The notes beneath the pieces were generated by a model. It made no database searches, was not told where the DNA came from, and saw only the letters and a program-made list of their open reading frames with translations. This document shows positions 1 to 10,353 of a DNA stretch of 64,000 nucleotides, piece by piece. This DNA is from Diplonema japonicum (Eukaryota > Protista > Euglenozoa: Diplonemea). The first letter of the stretch is position 1. Each line of letters begins with the position of its first letter. The DNA lies in NCBI GenBank assembly GCA_964019335.1, contig OZ025713.1:310001-374000 (forward strand), given 5' to 3'. The translations under genes and the position numbers were made by a program.

Positions 1-44
1 TTATTTTAAAAACACCGAGTGTTAAAAATAATGGCTCATTTTGG

Positions 45-300
45 CGGCAAGTAAGTCCGTGATGCTACCACTGGATGGATTATGGCTGAACGCCTCTAAG
101 CCAGAACCCAGTCTAGAGAGATACGTGACTAGTCAGGATACAACGGATTTATCGGGCCACAACTAGCTTCGGCGAACGGCTATTTCCAAATTCACATCCA
201 GATCCAGTATCCCCAACCGGGTCTATACGAGTCCGAATGGACCGGCGGGCGTAACGCTTCGAGGAGCCTTGTTGTTCCGAGGGTTTGAGCCTTATGGCCG
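45..300 (+). rRNA. 3'-terminal fragment of eukaryotic LSU (28S) rRNA, apparently 5'-truncated
   Basis: Contains GCTACCAC...GGATTATGGCTGAACGCCTCTAAGCCAGAA (64-106) and GAGCCTTGTTGTTCCGA (~263-279), both conserved LSU 3'-end motifs. CGGCAAGT at 45 resembles the trypanosomatid small-rRNA equivalent. Bases 1-44 are AT-rich and show no sarcin-ricin loop. Confidence 0.8.
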
Positions 301-311
301 GTTCCTACGGT

Positions 312-346
312 TACCGATCCCCACCTGTCATGGGTGGGGATCGGTA
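312..346. other. Perfect 14-bp stem hairpin downstream of the LSU fragment (possible 3'ETS structure)
   Basis: TACCGATCCCCACC-tgtcatg-GGTGGGGATCGGTA. Confidence 0.6.
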
Positions 347-1174
347 CCATTCGGATGTGAAATTTGGTATCGATGTTTGTGTCACCCACCCATTATCTTC
401 ACACCTCCCCTATGTTCCCCTTATTCCTTTACAAATCTTTGTAGAGGGGATGGGAGCGGAGGGGCGTTTTAATTTTCACCAAAATAAAAATTGACCTTTT
501 AACGTCAAGGTGAAAAGTCGAACAACGTTCCGAGTGTACCAGAAGTACAAGGGGTGGGGTGGGGAGGGGGTGTAAAGCTCGGCACAAGTTTGCATATTGT
601 TAAAAATTATTTTTTTTTTTGAAAGATAAATAATTTGTAACAAAAAAAAAAAAGAAATTGTCAAAGGAGGACTTCGTGAGTCGCTCCCTTGTTCTCAAGA
701 AAGAAAATTCGAATGGGGGAGGAGGGGGGTAGTGCCAGTTGCTGCCCCGGGGGGGGGGAGGAAAGAAAAGAAAATTCAATGAGGTTTCAGTGTACAAGGG
801 GAGTGCTCACTTGGAAACAGTTGGTAAAAAGTTAGAGGAAATGGATTGTAATCAAATCAGAAAAAAAAGGGGAAAAAAAAAACAAAAGCTTTTTTACTCT
901 TTTTCTTTTTTTTACTCCCTTTGGGAGGGGAAGGAAAAAAAAAAAAAAAGCTGTGTTTAAAGGCAAATCCCACTTGAGGACCCCCCAAAAAAAAAGAAAC
1001 GTATCAACATGCCAAACAAGCTCCCGCGACCTTTGATTGTCTATCGTAAAAAAACAGAAGGGACAGAGGATGCCAGCAAAAAGGGGGCAGATGATCACAA
1101 CAAAACAAAAAAAAAAAAAGAAATAATGGGAGAAAAGAAGAAAGGCACTAAAAATATATATATATACATATATA

Positions 1175-1895
1175 TGGGTCGATTTCAAAACCCCCCCCCC
1201 AAAAAATGAGGCCAATTGACACTTTCGTTGCATCTTTGGGCATGCCGCCCCCTTTAAAAAAAATTCTCCATATTTCCCGGTCCATAATAGGAAAGAACCC
1301 GGGTCAGAAATCGCTCAAGGGTGCTATTTTGACCTATGAAAAATTCAGTCTTAGGTTAAAAATCGGGTTTTAGTGGTTTTGGTAAAGTCAGAGAGTATGC
1401 TTTCAATAGCAAGAAATAGCGGAAACTCACTGCTAGAAGGTGGCTGAAAATGATGTTGGAAGTGGAAACCTTCATTTCCTAGTCTTCTGCGGCTGAGATG
1501 TGCTGCTGCTGAGTGGGCGACCTCGTTTCTTTTTCATACTATTAGGCCTTCTACCGCATTTTGGGGGGGTTTTAAGAGGCTCATTCGTAGGTGTACTTGG
1601 TGCTTTCGGTCCGCCCCTAGCTTCTCAACAGCAAGTTTAAAAGCATCCATTTTTGTCACCCCCTCTTTTACTGAATTTGTGCAAAGTGAAAAAACCCATT
1701 TTTGCCCCTAGGACAGAATTTTCTGGGTTACTAATAAGCACTCACTTTCCCATTTTTTGGGGTGTTTTCTTTCCTAACCTGGGCCGGGAAAGTTGTAGAA
1801 TTTTTTTTTCTTTGGGAAAAAGTACTTAGAGAAATATTGAAAGTGTCAATTGGCCTCATTTTTTTTTGGGGGGGGGTTTTTGAAACGATATGCCA
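1175..1895. mobile_element. Non-autonomous TIR element (MITE) with ~200-bp imperfect inverted repeats, probable TA target
   Basis: Left TTTCAAAAC(n)AAAAAATGAGGCCAATTGACACTTTC matches the reverse complement of right GAAAGTGTCAATTGGCCTCATT(n)G(n)TTTTTGAAA. Further inverted blocks pair 1261-1297 with ~1766-1803 and 1338-1371 with ~1691-1723. Flanked by TA runs; no ORF. Confidence 0.8.
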
Positions 1896-2088
1896 TATAT
1901 AAAATGTTTGGCGCCCTGCACAAGCACGGTCTACTCAATTACAGGGGGCCGCCTCAGGTAACCAAGATTCCACGCTCGTGCAGTTTTTTTGCCGCCCATT
2001 CGCCACCCTGTGCGTCTGCAATACGTTCTTCCACTAGGGCGGCCACCGGTGAGTGATGTATACCTGTTTTTCTTACCAGGGGAGGGAG

Positions 2089-2126
<38 letters not shown>

Positions 2127-2207
2127 ATGATCAAAGATCGTGGGGCTGGTTATCCAGCTGTCTATTTTCTTCTTCCTTTTTTTTTTTTTTTTTTTTTTTT
2201 CCCCCTT

Positions 2208-3089
2208 TCATTGCACAGAGCACTGTTTCCCTTGCACAGGGGTGCGCTGGTGCTTTTTCGAAGCAGGGCCGTTCGCGAGGAAGTTGGACCCTATACTTGT
2301 CGCACTGTCCATCAGACAACAGAGGTCAACATGCCTTAGCGACCCGCAATTGTGTAGAAAACGGTCGCCGATGGACTCGACACGTAACGCGCTGCCATCA
2401 ACCTGGGTGAGCTCACCACAGTTCGAGAGAAAATCATCGCCAAGAGCGAGAGCGTTGCTTAGACACCGCAGGTCAACGGACACTAATGACCCGCAGTGCG
2501 AGAGGAACTCGTTGCCAACAATTCTGACCTTGCTCAACGAGCTCAGGTCAATGTAAGGCAACCGCTCACACCCCGATAAAAAACCGGATTCTACCTGGTG
2601 CAGTCCACGACAGACAGGGAGCCGGATATCAACTAACTGAGCACAGCCTGACAGAAAATCTTCCCCAATAGACTTAACACAGTGCAGTGCAGATAGATCT
2701 ACGTGCCTCAGGGACACGCACCCTGCTAGAAAGCCTGGGAGGATGTATTTTACCGTCTGCCTGGTATCGACGATTCTGATTCGCTGCACGCCGGAGTGCC
2801 TCAGGAACCACAAGCTTCCCAGTGTCTTTGACCCTGTTGCGTCGATGGTCATCACTGCCTCAGGGTCGATCTCCCCCATTACCGCTTTCTCCCCTTCAAA
2901 GTTGCTTCCCTCCATGTTCAGTTTGATGCATGCTGGGGCTACGGTTGAGCATGCTGGGGCTACGGTTGAGCATGCTGGGGCTACGGTTGAGCATGCTGGG
3001 GCTACGGTTGAGCATGCTGGGGCTACGGTTGAGCATGCTGGGGCTACGGTTGAGCATGCTGGGGCTACGGTTGATGTCGTCACGTTCAT
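2208..3089 (-). CDS. Leucine-rich repeat protein (BspA/TpLRR-like) with N-terminal STVAPAC x7 repeat
   Basis: Repeating IGxxFLxxCxxLxxVDLSxL units; ATG start; polypyrimidine tract upstream. Confidence 0.85.
   Translation of the reverse strand: MNVTTSTVAPACSTVAPACSTVAPACSTVAPACSTVAPACSTVAPACSTVAPACIKLNMEGSNFEGEKAVMGEIDPEAVMTIDATGSKTLGSLWFLRHSGVQRIRIVDTRQTVKYILPGFLAGCVSLRHVDLSALHCVKSIGEDFLSGCAQLVDIRLPVCRGLHQVESGFLSGCERLPYIDLSSLSKVRIVGNEFLSHCGSLVSVDLRCLSNALALGDDFLSNCGELTQVDGSALRVESIGDRFLHNCGSLRHVDLCCLMDSATSIGSNFLANGPASKKHQRTPVQGKQCSVQ
2928..3074. repeat. 21-bp coding tandem repeat CATGCTGGGGCTACGGTTGAG x7
   Basis: Near-perfect copies read directly from the sequence. Confidence 0.95.
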
Positions 3090-3323
3090 GTTGAGGGGAT
3101 GGGGGAACCTTTACACTTTTTTAAAAAATAGAAAAGAAAAAAAAAAGATGAGAGGGAGGGAAAAAAAAGGGGGGGGTGGTAAACAAAAAACCCCCCCAAA
3201 AACCTTCTTAATCTTATTACAAAAAGAAGAAAGAAAGAAAGAAAAAAAAAAGGCGAGAGGAGTGGAGGTCGAGATAGGTATCCTCAACACTCACTCTCAA
3301 CTTTTTTCTTCTTCTTTTTTTTT

Positions 3324-4676
3324 TCAAAAAGCCCATTTCATGTTCGGGTCAGCACCATGGCGCAGTAGATCTAATGCAATCTCTTCTTTTTTGGCGAGGT
3401 CGAGCGCCGTCTTGCCGGCTTTGTTCTTCGCGTTCACCGCAACCCGCGTAGTGAGCAGCAGCGAGACAACGCCCCTGCTCCCGCTCCGAGCAGCGAGATG
3501 GAGAGGCGTGCTGCCCTTTCTTGTTCTCGCGTTCACATCAGCACCATAACGGATCAGCTCAGCCGCCACGTCTTCGATAGATGCAAGGTGCAGCGCTGTG
3601 GAACCATCCTTGCTTGCCACGTTCACATCAGCAGAGGACTGTAGCAGCAGCGATGCGAGAAATGGGTTTGAAAGTGTAAAGAGAGGTGTTCTTCCGCGTG
3701 CGTCCACCGCATTAACATCGGCACCGTGCTGGATTAAGACAGCTGCAGCAGCCTCGCTTGCCGTGTGATGCAACGCAGTCTTCCCTTCGCTGTCTTTCGC
3801 GTCCACATACGCTGACGACTCGAGCAGAACAGACAGCAGGTCCGCGTTGTCAGCACTATGGTGGAGCGCTGTCTTTCCATCATGGTCAATAGCGTTGACA
3901 TCAGCTCCGCTGCGGAGCAGGTTGGTTGCCACCTGAACGGTTGTTGCCATGTGTAAGGCGGTAGTACCATCTCTGTCGACAGAGGTGACCTCAGCACCGG
4001 ACTCAAGGAGAAGCGTGAGCACGTCATTGTTACCTTCCTGCGACGCGTGGTGAAGCGACGTCAAGTTGTCGTAGTCCCTTGCGTTGACATCGGCACCGTG
4101 GCGGAGCAGCATGGTGACTGTCTGCATGTGGCTGTTACGGTGGATGGCCGTGCTTCCCGACTCCTTCCCGTTGACGTCTACACCAGTGCATTCTAACATT
4201 AGCTCCGCACAGGAGGTGAGGCCGAGCTGCGATAACGCGTGAAATATGCGTCGCTTCAAATGTTTCAGTTTCTTCGGTTCGCATTCTTCATGAAGCCCTG
4301 CCTCTTTCATGGCAGATAAGATCTCGTAGTACGACGCGTCGGCATCGTCTGATAACGGTGCATCCCTCAGTTGTTGTGCTATGTGTTCTAAGCCTTTTCC
4401 TTCATAGCCGAGCTTGGTAAGGAGTTGTAGTGCCGCTTGTACTTTGTTGATGGCTACCCCAAGCACGCTTTGGTCCTCAAAAGGGAAGGAGCCGACCAGC
4501 CTTCCGTCGTCGTTGTCTCCGACCTCCTCCCCGTCAAAGGTGAGGGAAAACCTGTTTGCAAGAAGGCCTGTCAGCGATGCCACGCGTTCTTTCACCACCT
4601 TCATGCTGTCCGCGGGTTCTGCTTCGATGTCGATGGTCTCTGAGGATGGGAGCTGTATATGCAGGTTGACGGACAT
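3324..4676 (-). CDS. UBL-domain + ankyrin repeat protein (450 aa)
   Basis: N-terminal MSVNLHIQLPSSETIDIEAEPADSMKVVKERVASLTG...LTFDGEEV (ubiquitin fold). About 8 ankyrin repeats (GxTALHxA...LLxxGADVNA). Start placed at the ATG shared with its paralogue. Confidence 0.9.
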   Translation of the reverse strand: MSVNLHIQLPSSETIDIEAEPADSMKVVKERVASLTGLLANRFSLTFDGEEVGDNDDGRLVGSFPFEDQSVLGVAINKVQAALQLLTKLGYEGKGLEHIAQQLRDAPLSDDADASYYEILSAMKEAGLHEECEPKKLKHLKRRIFHALSQLGLTSCAELMLECTGVDVNGKESGSTAIHRNSHMQTVTMLLRHGADVNARDYDNLTSLHHASQEGNNDVLTLLLESGAEVTSVDRDGTTALHMATTVQVATNLLRSGADVNAIDHDGKTALHHSADNADLLSVLLESSAYVDAKDSEGKTALHHTASEAAAAVLIQHGADVNAVDARGRTPLFTLSNPFLASLLLQSSADVNVASKDGSTALHLASIEDVAAELIRYGADVNARTRKGSTPLHLAARSGSRGVVSLLLTTRVAVNAKNKAGKTALDLAKKEEIALDLLRHGADPNMKWAF

Positions 4677-4941
4677 TTGCTTTTTTTTTTTTTTTTCTCC
4701 TCTTATTAGACACAACAAGCTGAAGGGGCGAAGCTGAATGTATCAACAAGGCAGCACTTGAGCCTGCATGCCCAGTAGGCGAAGCAAGTTCACCGCGTTC
4801 CAAAAAGGGTCACCACAAGCAGGGAGGGGGTTTTAAAAGAAAGAAAGTTAAAAAGAAAAAAAAAACACCCCGATTGCAGGAGCGAAAACATCCTGACCAC
4901 TCTATTCTTCTTTTTTTCTGGGTGGGTGGGTGGGGGGGCTT

Positions 4942-6231
4942 CTATGTAGCCTGAGCCTTCCTACGCAACATGAAGTGTCTACTTTCTTCTTCCTGTTTTC
5001 GCTTGCTTTTCTTCCTTTTAATCGCAACAATGATGTCCCTGTTGCTCCCCGCCACGTCGAGAGCTGTCACCCCGTTGAAGTCCTCTGCGAAGACGTCAGC
5101 CGACGATGCGAGCAGCAAAGACACAACGCCTTTCCGCCCACACCGTGAGGCGATGTGGAGTGGGGGTGCTCCTTCTGAATTTCTCGCGTTTACATCAGCC
5201 CCGTGGTGGAGCAGCATGGCCGCAGTTGCCTCTGTTTTCGCATTGTGCAATGGGGTCGTTTCAAAGCAGCATCTCGCACCCACATCGGCGGAAGAGGCAA
5301 GCAAGACAGCACAGAGGTCTGGAAGCCCACGGGCCGCCGCAAAATGGAGTGGTGTTTCACCGTCGATATTCCTTGCGTTTACATACGCCCCGTGGCGAAG
5401 CAGCAATGACCCGAACTCCGGGTGCATTGTGTTGTGGAGTGGGGTCATCCCGTCATTGTCAATCGTGTTGGCTTCCGCCCCATGTAGGAGCAGCATGCTC
5501 GCGATCCCTTCGTTGTACGTCTTGTGGAGCGCAGCTGCACCAGTAGAGTCCTTCGCGTTGACATCGATAGATGTTGTGCCGAGCAAAGCTGATACCACAT
5601 CACACCGAGTGGCACCCACGGCAGCATGCAGAGGTGTCTCGCAGGTTGTGTTCTTTGTGTTTGTGTCTGCACCGTGACGAAGGAGTACCATAGTGGTTTC
5701 CCTGTTACGGCTTCTGTGCAGTGGTGTGCAGCCGTGCAGAGTGGAATTCACATCAGTACCTGTGTTTAGAAGCAATTCCACACACGAGGCGTAGCCCGTT
5801 GCTGAGGCTTCGTGGAGTACGTCAACCATCATCTGTTCTTCATGGTGTTCTGCTTGCACCATAGCTGATATGATTCTGCAGTATTTTTCGTCGTCGTCGT
5901 TGCTGCAGCTCTCCGTGCCTGACAATTGTTGTGCTATGTGTTCTAAGCCTTTTCCTTCATAGCCGAGCTTGGTAAGGAGTTGTAGTGCCGCTTGTACTTT
6001 GCTGATGGCCACTCTGAGCACGCTTTGGTCCTCAAAAGGGAAGGAGCCGACCAGCCTTTTGTCGTCGTTGTCTCCGACCTCCTCCCCGTCAAAGGTGAGG
6101 GAAAACCTGTTTGCAAGAAGGCCTGTCAGCGATGCCACGCGTTTCTTTACGCCCTTCATGCTGTCCGCGGGTTCTGCTTCGATGTCGATGGTCTCTGAGG
6201 ATGGGAGCTGAACATGCAGGTTGACGGACAT
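4942..6231 (-). CDS. UBL-domain + ankyrin repeat protein, tandem paralogue (429 aa)
   Basis: First ~305 nt nearly identical to 4676-4371; ankyrin region diverged. Alternative in-frame ATG at 6246. Confidence 0.9.
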   Translation of the reverse strand: MSVNLHVQLPSSETIDIEAEPADSMKGVKKRVASLTGLLANRFSLTFDGEEVGDNDDKRLVGSFPFEDQSVLRVAISKVQAALQLLTKLGYEGKGLEHIAQQLSGTESCSNDDDEKYCRIISAMVQAEHHEEQMMVDVLHEASATGYASCVELLLNTGTDVNSTLHGCTPLHRSRNRETTMVLLRHGADTNTKNTTCETPLHAAVGATRCDVVSALLGTTSIDVNAKDSTGAAALHKTYNEGIASMLLLHGAEANTIDNDGMTPLHNTMHPEFGSLLLRHGAYVNARNIDGETPLHFAAARGLPDLCAVLLASSADVGARCCFETTPLHNAKTEATAAMLLHHGADVNARNSEGAPPLHIASRCGRKGVVSLLLASSADVFAEDFNGVTALDVAGSNRDIIVAIKRKKSKRKQEEESRHFMLRRKAQAT

Positions 6232-6362
6232 TTGCTTTTTTAACATTTTTTATTTTTTACGGGGGGGGGAGAAGAAGGGCGGCCTTTGACGTGAACGGGG
6301 GGGTGTTAATCACAAAAGAAAAAAGAAAAGGGGGCGGGGAAGGACAAAATACTAAAGAAGCA

Positions 6363-6393
<31 letters not shown>

Positions 6394-6645
6394 GACGTTA
6401 GGTCACGTCACCAGCATCGCAACTAACACCCCCACCCCACACCCCCTTCCCTTGTTTATTTTTTTTCCCCCCTTTATAACCGTGTGCACAAAACACGTAA
6501 TATAAAAATAAAATAAAATAAAAAAAGGGAGACTTCGCACTACGTGGAGAGAAAAAAAAAGGGGGGAGAATATAACACATGTGATGGGGGGGGGGGGGGG
6601 GGGGGGGGGGGTTGTTCAAATCGAAAAAAAAAAAAAAAACAAATA

Positions 6646-7134
6646 TCAACGGTTGGTTCTGTTCTGCAAGCTCACCTTTTCAAATCGCGGCGCCGGCCCA
6701 AGAGGCCGCAGCGAATTTTGTTTAGGGGGCGCGGGTGAAGGGGAGGCCAGCGTTGTTGGGCTCTCCAGCAGCGACACAGGCAGTATCTGCCGTGTGGTGT
6801 GAGCGGGGAGCTGCTTGACAGGCCGCAAGGGGGTTTTTATAGGAGACTCTCTAGGTGAGACAGATATTGGTGCAGCTGTGTCACTTCGCTTCCACAGGGC
6901 ATGCCCGTCCTTGCAACCAAAGTAGAATACGCCATCGAGCACACCGGAGTTTCTAGATGCTCCATTGCACCACTCTTGCAGTTCCAGCCCTTCCCATATC
7001 CCGTCTGAGAAATGTACCTTGCCTACAAAGCGGACCACTGCCTTCACTGTCTTCCCCTCTAATTTAGTCAGCACTCTTTGGCCCAGCCTTAGTGACGTCC
7101 CTTCGTTTTTCGCTGGCGGAGGAGATACCGTCAT
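6646..7134 (-). CDS. Small CAP-Gly domain protein (162 aa)
   Basis: GQRV...VVRFVGKVHFSDGIWEGLEL...SRNSGVLDGVFYFGC; the GKNDG motif is altered to SRNSG; Pro/Ser-rich tail. Confidence 0.8.
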   Translation of the reverse strand: MTVSPPPAKNEGTSLRLGQRVLTKLEGKTVKAVVRFVGKVHFSDGIWEGLELQEWCNGASRNSGVLDGVFYFGCKDGHALWKRSDTAAPISVSPRESPIKTPLRPVKQLPAHTTRQILPVSLLESPTTLASPSPAPPKQNSLRPLGPAPRFEKVSLQNRTNR

Positions 7135-7679
7135 TTTGTTTGACCCCCTCCTTTTGTGATATGTGGGGGGGGGGGGAGAAAAAGAAAGAAGAAAAAAAAA
7201 AAAGGAACCAACACGTAACAAAAAAAAAAAAAAAATTGGGGGGTATGTATGAAGGGGGAGGACTTTTTTTTTTCATCTTCTTTTTTTTTTTTTTTCTTCT
7301 TTTCCGGGTCTTTTTTATAATTTCCAGAAAAAAAAGAAAAAGAAGAAAAAAAAGTTTATTTGGGGGGGCCTAGGCTGGCTCTACATGGTCCTTCTTCAAC
7401 TCGCCAGGCTAGAGCGTGGCTTGTCACAAGAATACAGGGATTTGAGTAGTAGACCGAATATGACCAAAATTGTCATTTCTTTTTTTTTTTTTTCTTCTTT
7501 TTATACATTACAGCGAACATTTTCTCTTCTTTTTTCTTTCTGCTGTATTTCCTTTTAAAAATAAAATAAAATAAAAAAGAAAACTAGTCCAGGGGTCACA
7601 AGTGAGCTTGATCACCACTCTTAGACACCCTAGATGCTGCATTTTAAGCAATAAAGTTGCATTTTAAACATTTTTCGCC

Positions 7680-7715
<36 letters not shown>

Positions 7716-8047
7716 CAAATAATCTAAACAAAAAAAGTTTTCGAAGCGCCAAAAAAAAAAAAAAAAAAAAGTGTGGACGGATTGTACTCCTAACGAGCTC
7801 ATATATAAAAAATAGTGGTGCGCGTTATATGAGCCCCTCGGCCCTGCACACTGTGAGCACTGCCTCAGCAAACTCAGCCTCAGAAGGCACATCTTTGAAA
7901 CGTGGCTTTTTTTTGTTCTTTTTTTTTTTTTTTTCCCCGTTTTCAAACAGTTCAAGACGTTCTCTTCTCCAAACCACACCGTTTGTATACAGTTGCATTT
8001 TTCCTCGAAATATCAAAAAAAAAAAAAAAAAAAAAAAAAAAAACAGG

Positions 8048-8838
8048 TAGCTAGAGTTTTTTTTTTTTTTTTTTTTTTTATTTCACTCTTCAGAAATTAC
8101 TTCACGCACTGGGGGGCCCATTACTTCACGCTAAATCTCATTACTTCACGCTAAATCTCATTACTTCACGGTGAAATAATGGCCTGTTTTCCGTGAAGTA
8201 ATAGGGGGTTTCCGTTAAATAATATGCCTCGGTAGGCCAATTTTTGCCTCGGTTCGGTTCCCGGTGGGGCTACTTTTTCCTCTCAGTTTGCTATTTCCCC
8301 CCAGGTTCAGCTCAATTGGCCAACTTTTGCCTCGGCTCAGTTCCAAGTTGGACTACTTTTTCCTCCCAATTTGCCCACTTTTGGCTAGGCCTTGTTCCCA
8401 GTTTCTGGGGGTAACTCTTCTGTGGGTAAGGGTAACTTAGTCAGCTTACCCAAGCTCCCCAAATGACTTCAAAATACCGAAGCAGCAGAAAAAAAGGAGC
8501 CAGCGGCCGCGCCAGGTATGGGAAGGCCTGATTAGAGATGGTGACAGTGGCAATGCCAGCGACAGCGGCAGCTCTTAGTCAACAAAAGGAGGGAAAACAA
8601 CTTGTATTGTAACCTTTGTAACCCCTCTCTTGTTGTACCCCTTGTCACCCTGTTGTGCCCCTCGTGGTGAAGTAATTTCAGAGTGTCGTGAAATAAAACC
8701 ACTTACCTACCGCCAAGTAATGCTTTACCGACCTCTCGGTTCCGCATTTTACCATCTCGGGCCCTGCGGGCCCTCGACGGTAAAATGCGGAACCTCGAGG
8801 TAACGGTAAAGTCATTACTTGTTGGCAGTAAATAGCTA
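8048..8838. mobile_element. Non-autonomous element with subterminal inverted repeats and a long terminal hairpin (Crypton-like)
   Basis: ATTACTTCACG x4 (8096-8170) with inverted copies (~8192, ~8666). 8079-8107 is inverted relative to 8664-8695. ~115-bp imperfect palindrome at 8712-8826. TAGCTA at both ends. Confidence 0.55.
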
Positions 8839-8964
8839 TTTCCTATTTACTTTTTCTTGTTCATTTTCCTCCCCCCCCCCCCCCTCCCACCACCCGTTTT
8901 GCAAACGTACTTTATCTACAATAGCGATTTTTCTTTTTTTTTTTTTTTTTTCCCCTCCCCTTCC

Positions 8965-10353
8965 TCACGGCTCGTTTGAAGGTTCTGTCAGCATTCCTGT
9001 TGCAATGCTTTCAATGGACACGACAACACCAAGCTGGGGAACAACGTTGCTCGTGGCAGTTCCCTCTTGCTCCTGAACGTCGGGGGGACCAACAGGCGTC
9101 AGAGTGCAGCCCAACACGACCCACATGCTGACGAACACAGCTCCATTGTAACCAGCACACACCACTGCCGGCCCCGGACTAGAGATAACCGACACAGAAA
9201 TATACATAAAGGGAACTGAACAACACATGCACAGAATACTGAGAATGAGGGAAAACACCAATATGAACTTCCGATCAGCAGGACAGACGGAGGCAGATAG
9301 ACACAACCATCCCACGGAGCTCAGGACGAGGCCAGAGACGGCAGTTACATCGCCAGGGACCGCGTCAACCGCCATCGAAAAAAACGAACACCACACCAAA
9401 CCATACCCGGAGAGGAACATCATGGAAGAGATGGCCAACCCGGCTGGAAAATGTTGGGACTGAAGCACCCTGCCTGTTCTGTTAACGATCATAGCGATGA
9501 GCAGTGTTGGGACACCGGTTCCAAGCTCGACAACAAGCAGTGCCGGGCCGAGGGAGTTCCATGGCTCTGACTCGATGTTTGTGTGAAAGAGCAGCGCACA
9601 AAACACAACGCAGCACGCAAGGCCCATCCCGGAGAACAGCAGCGCCGCCTTGTTGACGATCCGTTTCTGTGTGTGCTTTGAAAATAAGAGGAACAGCGTG
9701 CCGACCCCGCCAGCCATCGACCCCGCCACTGTGGACACCGACGGTATATTTCGCGATCCAGCGAGGCTTGAGAAAATCGCAATCCAGCAAAATATGTATC
9801 CGATGCCAGAGCAGCACACCCCAGCTTGACAGACCAGCATTGAAGACTCACTAACCGGCTGGTAAGGAAGCGGGGCGTGTGCTGTCAGCATAACCTTTCT
9901 ACAGAACACAAACACCATCCATGAGACCGCGACGGTGCAAAGGGTGAGGCACAGCGACCAGCTGGATAGTGTCCGTGCGTGGAACACGCATACTATCGCA
10001 ACAACACACGTAGCGAAACCGGTGCCCTTCAGCAGATAGATGTGTGTAGGGTGGGGGCGGTAGCTGAGCGTGGCCGCTATTGCTGACAGAATGAACCCGT
10101 GGTATGCGGGGATTACAAGGCTTGCCCCGAGGTCCAGCTTGCCGCTTGCCACGCTGAACACGCCGGCCCACAAGGCGAGGTATGCTATTATAGTTGCGGT
10201 GATGCATCCCCAGCTTGTCATGTCGTTGTGTGTCGGCCGCATCGCCAGCAGCGAGGCCTCCGGGATGCCCTCCACAGGGGGGCCTGTGGGTTGCATGGTG
10301 GGCGGTGTGCCGCAGTCTACATCTTCGAACTCAAACGTGATTCCAGTTTCCAT
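8965..10353 (-). CDS. Multi-pass membrane protein of unknown function (462 aa, ~12 TM, three internal repeats)
   Basis: Long ORF with successive hydrophobic helices; YxxxWxxxFS motif recurs three times. Confidence 0.8.
   Translation of the reverse strand: METGITFEFEDVDCGTPPTMQPTGPPVEGIPEASLLAMRPTHNDMTSWGCITATIIAYLALWAGVFSVASGKLDLGASLVIPAYHGFILSAIAATLSYRPHPTHIYLLKGTGFATCVVAIVCVFHARTLSSWSLCLTLCTVAVSWMVFVFCRKVMLTAHAPLPYQPVSESSMLVCQAGVCCSGIGYIFCWIAIFSSLAGSRNIPSVSTVAGSMAGGVGTLFLLFSKHTQKRIVNKAALLFSGMGLACCVVFCALLFHTNIESEPWNSLGPALLVVELGTGVPTLLIAMIVNRTGRVLQSQHFPAGLAISSMMFLSGYGLVWCSFFSMAVDAVPGDVTAVSGLVLSSVGWLCLSASVCPADRKFILVFSLILSILCMCCSVPFMYISVSVISSPGPAVVCAGYNGAVFVSMWVVLGCTLTPVGPPDVQEQEGTATSNVVPQLGVVVSIESIATGMLTEPSNEP

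Noticed and set aside
7370-7990. Coding-like islands between homopolymer tracts, possibly a small multi-exon gene
   Set aside because: Could not assemble a consistent spliced frame or recognise a domain.
8096-8170. Short repeats resembling a CRISPR array or iterons
   Set aside because: 11-bp units with identical or very short spacers, no cas genes, eukaryotic context.
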